DNA of 49,587 nucleotides from Pseudomonadota bacterium (GTDB taxonomy: Bacteria > Desulfobacterota > QYQD01 > JAZDGK01), in the NCBI GenBank assembly GCA_043806955.1, contig JAZDGK010000278.1, positions 1 through 49,587 of the forward strand, read 5' to 3'. Position 1 is the stretch's first letter. Every line of letters starts with the position of its first letter. Positions 35,870-43,868 of the stretch are shown here, one piece after another. Below the pieces are notes generated by a model. The model worked only from the letters and a program-made list of their open reading frames with translations, made no database searches and had not been told where the DNA came from. Made by a program: the position numbers and the translations under genes.

Positions 35870-35925
35870 AACGTTCACCGTTGTCCGAAAGAACCCAAGA
35901 GCATTCCTTCGGTGAACGGTTACCT
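35870..35925. repeat. Heptamer-armed hairpin element, short copy, between GT2 and GT-C genes
   Basis: AACGTTCACCGTTGTCCG ... TCGGTGAACGGTTACC. Confidence 0.75.
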
Positions 35926-36702
35926 CTCCGAAGTGTGGATTCGTTCTTTCCGTTTCGAACAGGGAAAGATCTCCGAGGAGATGAGCCCCATCCTGGCCAG
36001 ACGGAACTTCATTGCTGTCGCGAGACATCCGAGGCCGTACTTAATGCTCTTGTTGAAATCGATAGACGAAGCCTCGGGGGAATATTTCGTCGGACAGCTT
36101 ACCTCTGCTATTACATAACCGAGCCATAGTGTCTGCGCAAGTATCTGGTTATCGAAGATAAAATCATCGGAATTCCTTTCGAATCCCACCTGTTCCAAAA
36201 GCTCGCGGGAATACCCCCTGTATCCGGTATGGTACTCTGAGAGTTTTGCGTCCATCAGCATATTCTCAATCAGTGTGAGAAAGCGGTTCGCAACATACCT
36301 CCAGACGGGCATCCCGCCCTTCAAAGCACGGCCCCCGAGGATTCTCGATCCCAGGACGCAGGAATAAAGGCCGTTGCCTATCATGGATACTATGGCCGGA
36401 ATCAGCTTCGGAGTATACTGATAGTCAGGGTGGACCATTATGATTATATCCCCGCCCTCTTCCAGGGCAAGGCGGTAGCATGTCTTTTGATTCCCTCCGT
36501 AGCCCCTGTTCTTCGGATGAACGTGGACCTTGGTCCGCGAGAGGGTATTCGCTATCGTTATGGTCTCATCCTGACTCCCGTCATCCACGATTATGACCAG
36601 ATCGACATAATCCTGGGCAATAACCTCGGCATGAGTCTTTCGCAGGGTCTTTGCCGCATTGTATGCCGGCATGACCACAATGACTTTTTTGTCTCTGTAC
36701 AC
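35920..36702 (-). CDS. Family 2 glycosyltransferase (polyprenyl-phosphate sugar synthase-like)
   Basis: 260 aa with VVMPAYNAAKTL, IVDDGSQDET and HPDYQY motifs, typical of Dpm1/ArnC-like GT2 enzymes. Confidence 0.85.
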   Translation of the reverse strand: MYRDKKVIVVMPAYNAAKTLRKTHAEVIAQDYVDLVIIVDDGSQDETITIANTLSRTKVHVHPKNRGYGGNQKTCYRLALEEGGDIIIMVHPDYQYTPKLIPAIVSMIGNGLYSCVLGSRILGGRALKGGMPVWRYVANRFLTLIENMLMDAKLSEYHTGYRGYSRELLEQVGFERNSDDFIFDNQILAQTLWLGYVIAEVSCPTKYSPEASSIDFNKSIKYGLGCLATAMKFRLARMGLISSEIFPCSKRKERIHTSER

Positions 36703-36729
36703 ATCAATGCTCGTGCTGCAAGTCCGTCA

Positions 36730-36937
36730 TTAAGAGGGTGTCTAAAAACTCTCCCTTTTGCCCAATCTCTGCGTCAGGCTCGAATTCTAATCCTCAGAAG
36801 GCCAGAAAGCTAGAAAGCTGATCCGCTGGGATTGCCTCTCAGCCTTCTCGCCTCCCAGCATCCCAGCCTTCAAGGGTTAGAATCCTCGCCTTCCTTGACC
36901 TTGAACAAGATTGAGAGTTTTTAGACACCCCCTAAGA
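36730..36937 (+). repeat. Family B element, full copy
   Basis: TTAAGAGGGTGTCTAAAAACTCTC ... GAGAGTTTTTAGACACCCCCTAAGA. Lies upstream of the GT2 gene. Confidence 0.85.
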
Positions 36938-37206
36938 GATATCGTCATAATCTCAAACCTGCTTGATAAACGGTGTTTGTGCACAGACGCCTCCCCAAGA
37001 GTCTGTCAGACTTGGTGGCCGTTACGAGGAAGTAAGGGACGCATAGTGTTGGCTTGTGCCGGATCGACACAGTGAAGCTGACGCAGCTCAATGTTAGATG
37101 AGGCCTGCTCATGGAAGTCGGAAGCCTGTGGGGACTGGGGTGATCGTCGCGCGCTTTCCGGATGAAGGCCGGTTAATGCCCCGGCATAAAGCGGCAGTGA
37201 AAGGAA

Positions 37207-37283
<77 letters not shown>

Positions 37284-37293
37284 AAACACGCAT

Positions 37294-37322
37294 AAGTTAG
37301 CATGCAGCCGCCCACAATGCAA
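37294..37322 (-). promoter_or_regulatory. Putative promoter of tRNA-Pro
   Basis: On the minus strand: TTGCAT, a 17-nt spacer, then TAACTT, ending 10 nt before the tRNA 5' end. Confidence 0.4.
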
Positions 37323-37438
37323 CCAATAAATTGATGGAACCGGTTGAAAAAGGACCGGAAGTTCAATCTCTAATTATGAACCATATCGATATCGCCCGGG
37401 TTCGGCAATCAAAGATGCACCCGTCCCCAACCGAACTA

Positions 37439-37467
37439 TTGACAAACTCTTACATGTAGATTAACTT
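37439..37467 (+). promoter_or_regulatory. Putative sigma70-type promoter of rplM-rpsI
   Basis: TTGACA, a 17-nt spacer, then TAACTT, lying 37 nt upstream of the rplM start. Confidence 0.45.
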
Positions 37468-37503
37468 ACGCGCCTATTCCTTTTTGAAAGGACGGGGAGA
37501 ATT

Positions 37504-37938
37504 GTGAAAAGAACCTATTCGGCCAAACCTAACGAAACGCAGAAGAAATGGTATGTCGTTGATGCGACGGACAAGGTTTTGGGCCGCATCTCAAGTGAGA
37601 TTGCATCCAGGCTGCGCGGCAAACATAAGCCGGTTTATACCCCCCATGTGGATACCGGGGATTTCATTATAGTTGTCAACGCCGACAAAATCAGACTTAC
37701 AGGCAACAAATGGTCCGATAAAATCTACTATCACCATACCGGCTATATTGGCGGAATAAAGAGCATCAGCGCAAAAGATCTGCTGAGCAAACAGCCCGAA
37801 GACCTGATCAGGTTCGCTGTAAGAGGGATGCTGCCAAAGAATACCCTTGGCCGGAGCATGCTGAAAAAGCTAAAGGTTTATCGGGGGGCCGAACATCCCC
37901 ATCAGGCTCAAATACCAGAAACCCTCAACTTAGATTAG
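37504..37938 (+). CDS. rplM: 50S ribosomal protein L13
   Basis: GTG start after [28 protein letters not shown]...[17 protein letters not shown]. Confidence 0.95.
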   Translation: MKRTYSAKPNETQKKWYVVDATDKVLGRISSEIASRLRGKHKPVYTPHVDTGDFIIVVNADKIRLTGNKWSDKIYYHHTGYIGGIKSISAKDLLSKQPEDLIRFAVRGMLPKNTLGRSMLKKLKVYRGAEHPHQAQIPETLNLD

Positions 37939-37947
37939 GAGCTTATA

Positions 37948-38340
37948 ATGGCTGAAAAAGTATATTACGCAACGGGCAAGCGAAAAACCGCTATAGCCAG
38001 GGTTCGTATGAACTCCGGGAAGGGCGGTCTCGCCATAAATGATCAGGGCCCCGAACAGTATTTTGGTGATCAAAGCCCTTTATTGATCCTTCAAAAACCC
38101 CTGGCACTCACTGATACAGGGTCCACCTTTGATATATCAGTCAATGTCGCAGGTGGAGGGAAAATGGCCCAGGCAGGAGCTATCAGGCACGGGATCGCCA
38201 AGGCCCTTTTGGAGTACAATCCGGAATACAGATCGGTTCTCAAAAAAGCGGGGTTGCTGACACGGGATCCGCGGGCAAAAGAAAGAAAGAAATATGGACA
38301 AAGAGGCGCCCGGGCCCGGTATCAATATTCAAAGAGATAA
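37948..38340 (+). CDS. rpsI: 30S ribosomal protein S9
   Basis: YYATGKRKTAIARV...GGGKMAQAGAIRHGIAKAL...RDPRAKERKKYGQRGARARYQYSKR. Confidence 0.95.
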   Translation: MAEKVYYATGKRKTAIARVRMNSGKGGLAINDQGPEQYFGDQSPLLILQKPLALTDTGSTFDISVNVAGGGKMAQAGAIRHGIAKALLEYNPEYRSVLKKAGLLTRDPRAKERKKYGQRGARARYQYSKR

Positions 38341-38363
38341 TTGGTTTGACATATCTTTTTTTG

Positions 38364-38394
38364 AGAGGGTTTGCTTGCAAACCCTCTTTTTTTT
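38364..38394 (+). terminator. Rho-independent terminator after rpsI
   Basis: Stem AGAGGGTTT / AAACCCTCT, loop GCTTGC, followed by a T8 run. Confidence 0.8.
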
Positions 38395-38414
38395 ATAATG
38401 CAGAATCATACTGT

Positions 38415-38548
38415 GATGAGCTCGTAAAAAGTCGAAAAGTACTGCTTTTGTGTCATTCCGGCGGAAGCCGGAATCCAGTCTATTCAAGTAGTTACGGGGG
38501 ATCTGGACTCCGGTTTTCACCGGAGTGACGACTTTCTACGAATTCATT
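38415..38548 (+). mobile_element. MITE family 1 copy with 7-bp target-site duplication
   Basis: Same sequence as the other family 1 copies. Flanked by ATACTGT at 38408-38414 and 38549-38555. Confidence 0.88.
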
Positions 38549-38568
38549 ATACTGTAGTGGGGGAGATT

Positions 38569-39606
38569 ATGCTGCGTGCAGCCATTGTCGGCGCCACCGG
38601 ATATACCGGTCTGGAGCTGGTGAGGATTTTGTCGGGACATCCGCAAGTTAGAATTACCATGGTCACATCGAGGCAGCATGAAGGCCAGCCTCTGTGCAGA
38701 GTGTTTCCGCTTCTCTCCACCTGTTTTGATATGCCCTGCTCCGGTTTCTACCCGGAAAAGATAGTCGAATCTTCAGACGTGGTCTTTATGGCTGTTCCTC
38801 ATAAGACCGCCATGACTCATGTTCCGGATTTCCTCAAGGCCGGGAAGATAGTCATTGACTTGAGCGCAGACTTTCGAATCAAAGACCCCGCCGTCTATGA
38901 GAAATGGTACGAACCTCATACCGCTCCGGAATACCTTGCGCAAGCTGTTTACGGATTACCGGAATTATATTCAGAGGACATAAAACGAGCCCGGTTGATA
39001 GCCAATCCCGGCTGTTATCCGACCAGCGTGATTCTGGGGCTTGCGCCGCTCCTGAAACAGGGTTCCATTGATACGAATACCATAGTCATTGACTCCAAAT
39101 CCGGGGTAAGCGGGGCGGGAAGATCTGCGGCGGTAGGGAGCCTCTTTTGCGAAGTACACGAGGATTTTAAGCCATACAAAGTGGCGGTCCATCGGCACAC
39201 ACCGGAAATCGAGCAGGAATTGACCAGTCTTGCCGGAAAGCCAGTAACGGTGACCTTTGTTCCCCATCTGCTGCCAATGGGAAGAGGCATGCTCAGCACG
39301 ATCTACGCGCAGCTCAATGCCGGGCAGAGCATCCGTGAGATTGCCGGCATGTATACGGAATTCTACAAGGATAAGCACTTCGTCAGGATCTGTCCCGAAG
39401 ACAACTATCCCCGGACAGCCCATGTCAAAGGGTCCAACTATTGCTTCATCGGCCTGAAGGTCGACGAACGGACCGGCCGTGTAATTGTAATATCCGCGAT
39501 AGACAACCTTACTAAGGGCGCCTCGGGCCAGGCAGTTCAGAATATGAATATCGCCGCCGGATTCGACGAAGCATCCGGTCTGAAATCGATCCCGCTCTTT
39601 CCTTGA
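38569..39606 (+). CDS. argC: N-acetyl-gamma-glutamyl-phosphate reductase
   Basis: ATG 38569 follows GGGGGAG (ORF track starts at 38557). Contains IVGATGYTGLEL and the active-site NPGCYPTS. Confidence 0.92.
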   Translation: MLRAAIVGATGYTGLELVRILSGHPQVRITMVTSRQHEGQPLCRVFPLLSTCFDMPCSGFYPEKIVESSDVVFMAVPHKTAMTHVPDFLKAGKIVIDLSADFRIKDPAVYEKWYEPHTAPEYLAQAVYGLPELYSEDIKRARLIANPGCYPTSVILGLAPLLKQGSIDTNTIVIDSKSGVSGAGRSAAVGSLFCEVHEDFKPYKVAVHRHTPEIEQELTSLAGKPVTVTFVPHLLPMGRGMLSTIYAQLNAGQSIREIAGMYTEFYKDKHFVRICPEDNYPRTAHVKGSNYCFIGLKVDERTGRVIVISAIDNLTKGASGQAVQNMNIAAGFDEASGLKSIPLFP

Positions 39607-39611
39607 TCCCC

Positions 39612-40346
39612 ATGCGAAACATAAAACTGATGATTGAATATGACGGTACAGGGTACTGCGGCTGGCAGCGCCAGGACAACGGATTAAGCATCCAGGAAGT
39701 AATTGAAAACAAAATAGGCATAATGACCGGGGAAGACGTCAAGCTTATCGGCTCCGGTCGTACCGACGCCGGTGTACATGCCCTCAATCAGGCCGCCAAC
39801 TTCAGGACCGCCTCCGGAATCCCCACAGAGGGGCTGCTTCGCGGATTAAACAGCCTCCTGCCCCATGATATCGCCGTAAAGGAAGTGACCGAGGTAGACC
39901 TTTCTTTTCATGCCCGTTATTCTGCCCGGGAAAAAGTCTACCTGTACCGTCTCTTCAACATGGATGTAAGATCCCCTCTGGAGCGGCTATACTCGTGGCA
40001 GATAAGAGGCAGCCTCGATCTTGCACTCATGAAGCAGTGCCTTGGTGTATTGCTGGGAGAGCACGACTTCTCAGCATTCATGGCAAGTAACAGCAACGTC
40101 AAGAGTACCATTCGGTCGGTTTCGAGCGCAAGTCTGACGTCCAGGAATAGTGTTGTCGAGTTTGAGATAAAGGCAAACGGTTTTCTCCGGCATATGGTCC
40201 GGAATATTATGGGAACACTGGCTGAAGTGGGTCAGGGCCGCCGCACCCCGGAGGAGTTTGCAGGCATTCTCGCGGGACATGACCGAAAAAAAGCAGGCAT
40301 AACTGCGCCCCCGCAAGGGCTGTTTCTTAAAGAGGTAATCTACTGA
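39612..40346 (+). CDS. truA: tRNA pseudouridine(38-40) synthase
   Basis: ORF track gives 39603..40346. Contains IEYDGTGYCGWQRQ and GSGRTDAGVHALNQ. Confidence 0.92.
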   Translation: MRNIKLMIEYDGTGYCGWQRQDNGLSIQEVIENKIGIMTGEDVKLIGSGRTDAGVHALNQAANFRTASGIPTEGLLRGLNSLLPHDIAVKEVTEVDLSFHARYSAREKVYLYRLFNMDVRSPLERLYSWQIRGSLDLALMKQCLGVLLGEHDFSAFMASNSNVKSTIRSVSSASLTSRNSVVEFEIKANGFLRHMVRNIMGTLAEVGQGRRTPEEFAGILAGHDRKKAGITAPPQGLFLKEVIY

Positions 40347-40349
40347 GAG

Positions 40350-40380
40350 CCGTTCACTGTTATCCGTTCACCGTTATCCG
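40350..40380 (+). repeat. Heptamer array, solo arm after truA
   Basis: CCGTTCACTGTTATCCGTTCACCGTTATCCG, starting 4 nt after the truA stop. Confidence 0.75.
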
Positions 40381-40478
40381 CAGGAACTCGCAACAGTCGA
40401 GTTCTGTGCGATTCGAGAATCGTTTGCAGTATTTTTTTCTCGACAAACCCGCGACTTTGTCCTAAACGTAAAATTGAG

Positions 40479-40575
40479 CTAGGCGCCCGTCGGACTTACC
40501 TGTCTGCGTGTCCGCACAGGCAGAAGGGATCGTCGCGAGGAAGTAGATCATCCCTAAGTCCGACAGGCTCCTGGG
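40479..40575. repeat. Family A element, short (about 97 bp) variant
   Basis: CTAGGCGCCCGTCGGACTTA ... CCCTAAGTCCGACAGGCTCCTGG. Solo termini of this family also occur at 1809-1829, 24422-24442 and 36997-37052. Confidence 0.7.
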
Positions 40576-40614
40576 AGCGCCAACGAACTGCAATGGCTCA
40601 TTATTATAAAACTG

Positions 40615-40846
40615 GTAACAATTTAGCATTTTGAAAAAGCACGATAAAAAATTCAAAGAAATGTATTGAATCAGGAACTCAGGAACTCAAGAAAGAGTAA
40701 AGCATGGAAGGCAAAGTCTGACTGGTGGGACGCTGACACTGAGGAGACTGTTGCCATGCGTTAGAGATATGCCACTGATATGAGGTGTCTCGATTAGAAT
40801 GATATAAGAATTTCCAATGTCGAATTCTCAATGTCCAATGTCCAAG
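40615..40846 (+). repeat. 232-bp repeat G, copy 1
   Basis: Near-identical to 43041-43273 (about 10 differences by eye). Contains the hairpin GCATGGAAGGCAAAGTCT...AGACTGTTGCCATGC (40702-40759). Confidence 0.88.
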
Positions 40847-40872
40847 TGAGTCTTTTTCTTGCGTTGAGTATT

Positions 40873-41005
40873 GATGCATTCGTAAAAAGTCGTCACCCCG
40901 GTGAAAACCGGGGTCCATAGTGTGCTTAACTTATTGAAAATACTGGATTCCGGCTTTCGCCGGAATGACAAAAAACGAGGAATTTCGACTTTTTACGAGA
41001 CCATC
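40873..41005 (-). mobile_element. MITE family 1 copy with 6-bp target-site duplication, nested in another repeat
   Basis: Flanked by AGTATT at 40867-40872 and 41006-41011. Confidence 0.85.
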
Positions 41006-41203
41006 AGTATTGGTTATTGGACATTCACACAGCCCTTGGAATGATGTTAGATTAAGAAAGATCAGCACTATATAATTCTCCTTTTTTCCTGAGTTCCTGA
41101 GTTCCTGATTAAACATTGCTTTTGTTTTTCTTATTAGATTCGGGGGTTTTCTTTCAAAGAGCTGAACGTTTACTAAAACTGTTCAAAGTCGAGGGGATAA
41201 GAG

Positions 41204-42406
41204 ATGACCAAAAAGATTCTATCCAAGAGGGCCAGTGGAATTAAACCGTCGCCCACACTTTCCATTGATGCTAAAGCCAAGGCCATGAAGACCTCTGGAG
41301 TCGACATCGTCAATTTCGGTGTGGGAGAACCCGATTTCGATACCCCTGATCATATTAAAAAAGCGGCCATTGAGGCCATTAAGAGTGGATTTACAAAGTA
41401 CACACCGGTAGGGGGAATTCTTGAACTGAAGGACGCCGTGATCAAACGATTAAGCGAGGACTATGGCTTGACGTACACCCGTCCGGAGATCATAGTCTCC
41501 TGTGGCGGCAAGCACGCCCTCTACAATCTCGCGCAGGCAATCCTGGATAAGGGCGATGAGGTGATAATCCCGACTCCGTACTGGGTTTCATACCCGCCCA
41601 TAGTCGAGCTTGCCGGGGGCAAGCCTGTCTGTGTTCCAACCAGGGAGGCAGACGATTTCGACCTGGATATCACGGAAGTTGAAAAGGCCATGACTGCAAA
41701 AACAAAGGCCATCATTCTGAACAGCCCGTCCAATCCGACAGGATCGGTCTTTAGCAGGAAGACTCTCACCGCACTGGGAAAACTGATTTCCAGGCATGAC
41801 TGCTATATAATATCGGATGACATTTATGAAAAAATCCGCTTTGACGGGAAGAAGCCGTTTAATCTGCTGTCGCTCAATGCGGGTCTGAGGGAAAGAGTTT
41901 TCATCCTGAATGGAGTGTCGAAGACCTATGCAATGACCGGCTGGCGCATAGGATATCTCGCCGGCCCGCAGGCAGTGATTTCCGCCATGACCAATATACA
42001 GAGCCAAAGCACATCCAATCCGAACTCGATCGCACAGAAAGCGGCCGTAGCTGCCCTGAACGGATCGGAGAGTTTTATTGCCGAAATGGTTTCGGTCTTC
42101 AAGGAGCGGCGCGATTACATTATAAAAAGACTGAGGGCTATTGCGGGACTGACCTGTATCAGGCCACAGGGCGCTTTCTATGCCTTTCCGAATACATCCG
42201 CTTACTATACAAAAAAGTGCAATGGGAAAAAGATAAACAATTCCGTGGCATTGTGTGATTATCTTTTGGAAGAGGCACGGATTGCAGTTGTTCCGGGAGC
42301 AGCTTTTGGTGATGACAGGTATATAAGGTTTTCCTTTGCTACATCGATGGACAGTATTACCAAGGGGATGGACCGGTTCGAACAGGCGTTAAAGAAGCTT
42401 TCCTGA
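41204..42406 (+). CDS. Pyridoxal-phosphate-dependent aminotransferase, class I (aspartate aminotransferase-like)
   Basis: 400 aa with FGVGEPDFDTP, NSPSNPTG, SKTYAMTGWRIGY (PLP lysine) and RFSFA. Confidence 0.9.
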   Translation: MTKKILSKRASGIKPSPTLSIDAKAKAMKTSGVDIVNFGVGEPDFDTPDHIKKAAIEAIKSGFTKYTPVGGILELKDAVIKRLSEDYGLTYTRPEIIVSCGGKHALYNLAQAILDKGDEVIIPTPYWVSYPPIVELAGGKPVCVPTREADDFDLDITEVEKAMTAKTKAIILNSPSNPTGSVFSRKTLTALGKLISRHDCYIISDDIYEKIRFDGKKPFNLLSLNAGLRERVFILNGVSKTYAMTGWRIGYLAGPQAVISAMTNIQSQSTSNPNSIAQKAAVAALNGSESFIAEMVSVFKERRDYIIKRLRAIAGLTCIRPQGAFYAFPNTSAYYTKKCNGKKINNSVALCDYLLEEARIAVVPGAAFGDDRYIRFSFATSMDSITKGMDRFEQALKKLS

Positions 42407-42427
42407 AAACCGCCGAGGGCCTTTGGC

Positions 42428-42455
42428 GAGAGCAACACTCGCAGGTGTTGCTCTC
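42428..42455. terminator. Perfect 11-bp hairpin between the convergent aminotransferase and PxxKW genes
   Basis: GAGAGCAACAC-TCGCAG-GTGTTGCTCTC. There is no U-tract on either strand. Confidence 0.35.
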
Positions 42456-42607
42456 CACGAGCAAAGATCGGCATATAGACTTCCACATAAAGCTTTTGGG
42501 TGCGTTATCGGTCGGGGATGTACGAACAGGTACTATCCCCTCCCTGCTGCCTTCCCAAAAACATTATCTGAAAGTCTATAGATTGTGGCCGGATATTGCC
42601 GGCAGAG

Positions 42608-42892
42608 TTATCGCCCTGCTGCATTCCGTTTGGATGCCTTGAGTGGATTGACTTTGACGGCAGCCTTAGGGGCTTCAGTCTTCAAGTGTGTTGCGAGATT
42701 GCAATTTCCTCTCTTCCACTTCGAGGCTGGATCGGGATAGCTGCTGCAGTATTTCCCGGTCGGGAACTCTATGACCCGGCTGCAGCCTTCGCAATTCTCG
42801 ACAACAGTATGACATGCTCCACCGTTGAAAGAACAACCTTTCTTGCTCATGAAGACGCAGCTAACCCCTTGTTTAATCGTTACACAGTCCAT
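42608..42892 (-). CDS. Small cysteine-rich protein of the PxxKW type
   Basis: ORF track gives 42608..42961. ATG 42892 follows AAGGGGGTGG and a strong promoter. There are 9 Cys in about 70 aa, including CEGC, and YPDPASKWKRGNCNLATH contains the PxxKW signature. The tail is Lys-rich. Confidence 0.75.
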   Translation of the reverse strand: MDCVTIKQGVSCVFMSKKGCSFNGGACHTVVENCEGCSRVIEFPTGKYCSSYPDPASKWKRGNCNLATHLKTEAPKAAVKVNPLKASKRNAAGR

Positions 42893-42993
42893 GGGAACCA
42901 CCCCCTTTCTTTTTGATCTCTTTGGATCTGAAATCTCCCCGCAGACGTACGGGAATTTCACTGAACCAAATCGGCTTGGCCAAAAACCGTTAT

Positions 42994-43022
42994 TATATAA
43001 TAAGTGATCGGCAGGTTGTCAA
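42994..43022 (-). promoter_or_regulatory. Putative strong sigma70-type promoter of the PxxKW gene
   Basis: On the minus strand: TTGACA, a 17-nt spacer, then TATATA(AT), about 100 nt upstream of ATG 42892. Confidence 0.5.
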
Positions 43023-43040
43023 CAGAAATTTACAAAAACC

Positions 43041-43273
43041 GTAACAACTTAGCATTTTGAAAAAGCACGATAAAGAATCCAAAGAAATTGTATTGAATCA
43101 ATAACTCAGGAACTCAAGAAAGAGTAAAGCATGGAAGGCAAAGTCTGACTGGTGGGACGCTGATACTGAGGAGACTGTTGCCATGCTTTAGAGATATGCC
43201 ACTGATATGAGGTGTCTCGATTAGAATGATATAAGAATTTCCAATGTCGAAATCTCAATGTCCAATGTCCAAG
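43041..43273 (+). repeat. 232-bp repeat G, copy 2 (direct orientation)
   Basis: See copy 1. Begins 19 nt beyond the -35 box of the divergent PxxKW promoter. Confidence 0.88.
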
Positions 43274-43279
43274 GGACCA

Positions 43280-43497
43280 TCTCCGGATTGGAAATTGGTT
43301 ATTGAATATTGGCCATTGATCCTAACCCGGCAAAGCCGGAACCAAAGAGTTCACGGTTCAACCCTGAATGTTGAACTCTCAGGATAAAATCTCTGCAAAT
43401 GCTTTACTGTAAAGGCGTTCCGGACGCAGTGAAAAATATTTTGCCAAAATTGTCGTTAATCTTATGGCTTAGTGACTAAAATGGTATGATAGAAACC
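43280..43497 (+). repeat. Family F element with an internal ~150-bp insertion
   Basis: GGAAATTGGTTATTGAATATTGGCCATTGATCCTAA ... TAAAATGGTATGATAGAAACC matches 110-176 but is interrupted. Confidence 0.55.
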
Positions 43498-43526
43498 TCC
43501 AAGTCCCTTACATCGGAGGCATTGCG

Positions 43527-43868
43527 GTGATCACTGACTATCAGTTTGGCTCAGTTACCGTCAACGGTCAGACATATCGTGCGGATCTTGTCATTTTTCC
43601 AAATGAAGTAAGACCAAACTGGTGGCGAAAAGAGGGGCACGCATTACATTTGGAGGATCTTGCAGGCATATTTGACAAGAACCTGGATGCCGTGGTCATT
43701 GGTACGGGGGCCTACGGGGTAATGAAGGTTTCTAAAGAGGTCACAGAAGCGGCCAAGGAAAAGAATGTGCGTCTAATCATTAAGAAGACCGGAGAAGCAT
43801 GCGGCGAGTATAATTCCTTGGTTCAGGCGGGAAAAAGAACTGTGGCTGCGCTTCATCTTACCTGTTGA
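43527..43868 (+). CDS. Mth938-like (DUF498) domain protein
   Basis: 113 aa with a GTG start. ITDYQFGSVTVNGQTYRADLVIFP...VVIGTGAYGVMKV matches the Mth938/NDUFAF3-like fold family. Confidence 0.75.
   Translation: MITDYQFGSVTVNGQTYRADLVIFPNEVRPNWWRKEGHALHLEDLAGIFDKNLDAVVIGTGAYGVMKVSKEVTEAAKEKNVRLIIKKTGEACGEYNSLVQAGKRTVAALHLTC

Noticed and set aside
40667-41110. A ~450-bp composite element, suggested by inverted AATCAGGAACTCAGGAACTCA / TGAGTTCCTGAGTTCCTGATT motifs at about 40667 and 41088.
   Set aside because: The interval overlaps repeat G and a nested MITE-1 copy, and I could not define consistent boundaries by eye. I note it, but do not report it as a separate feature.
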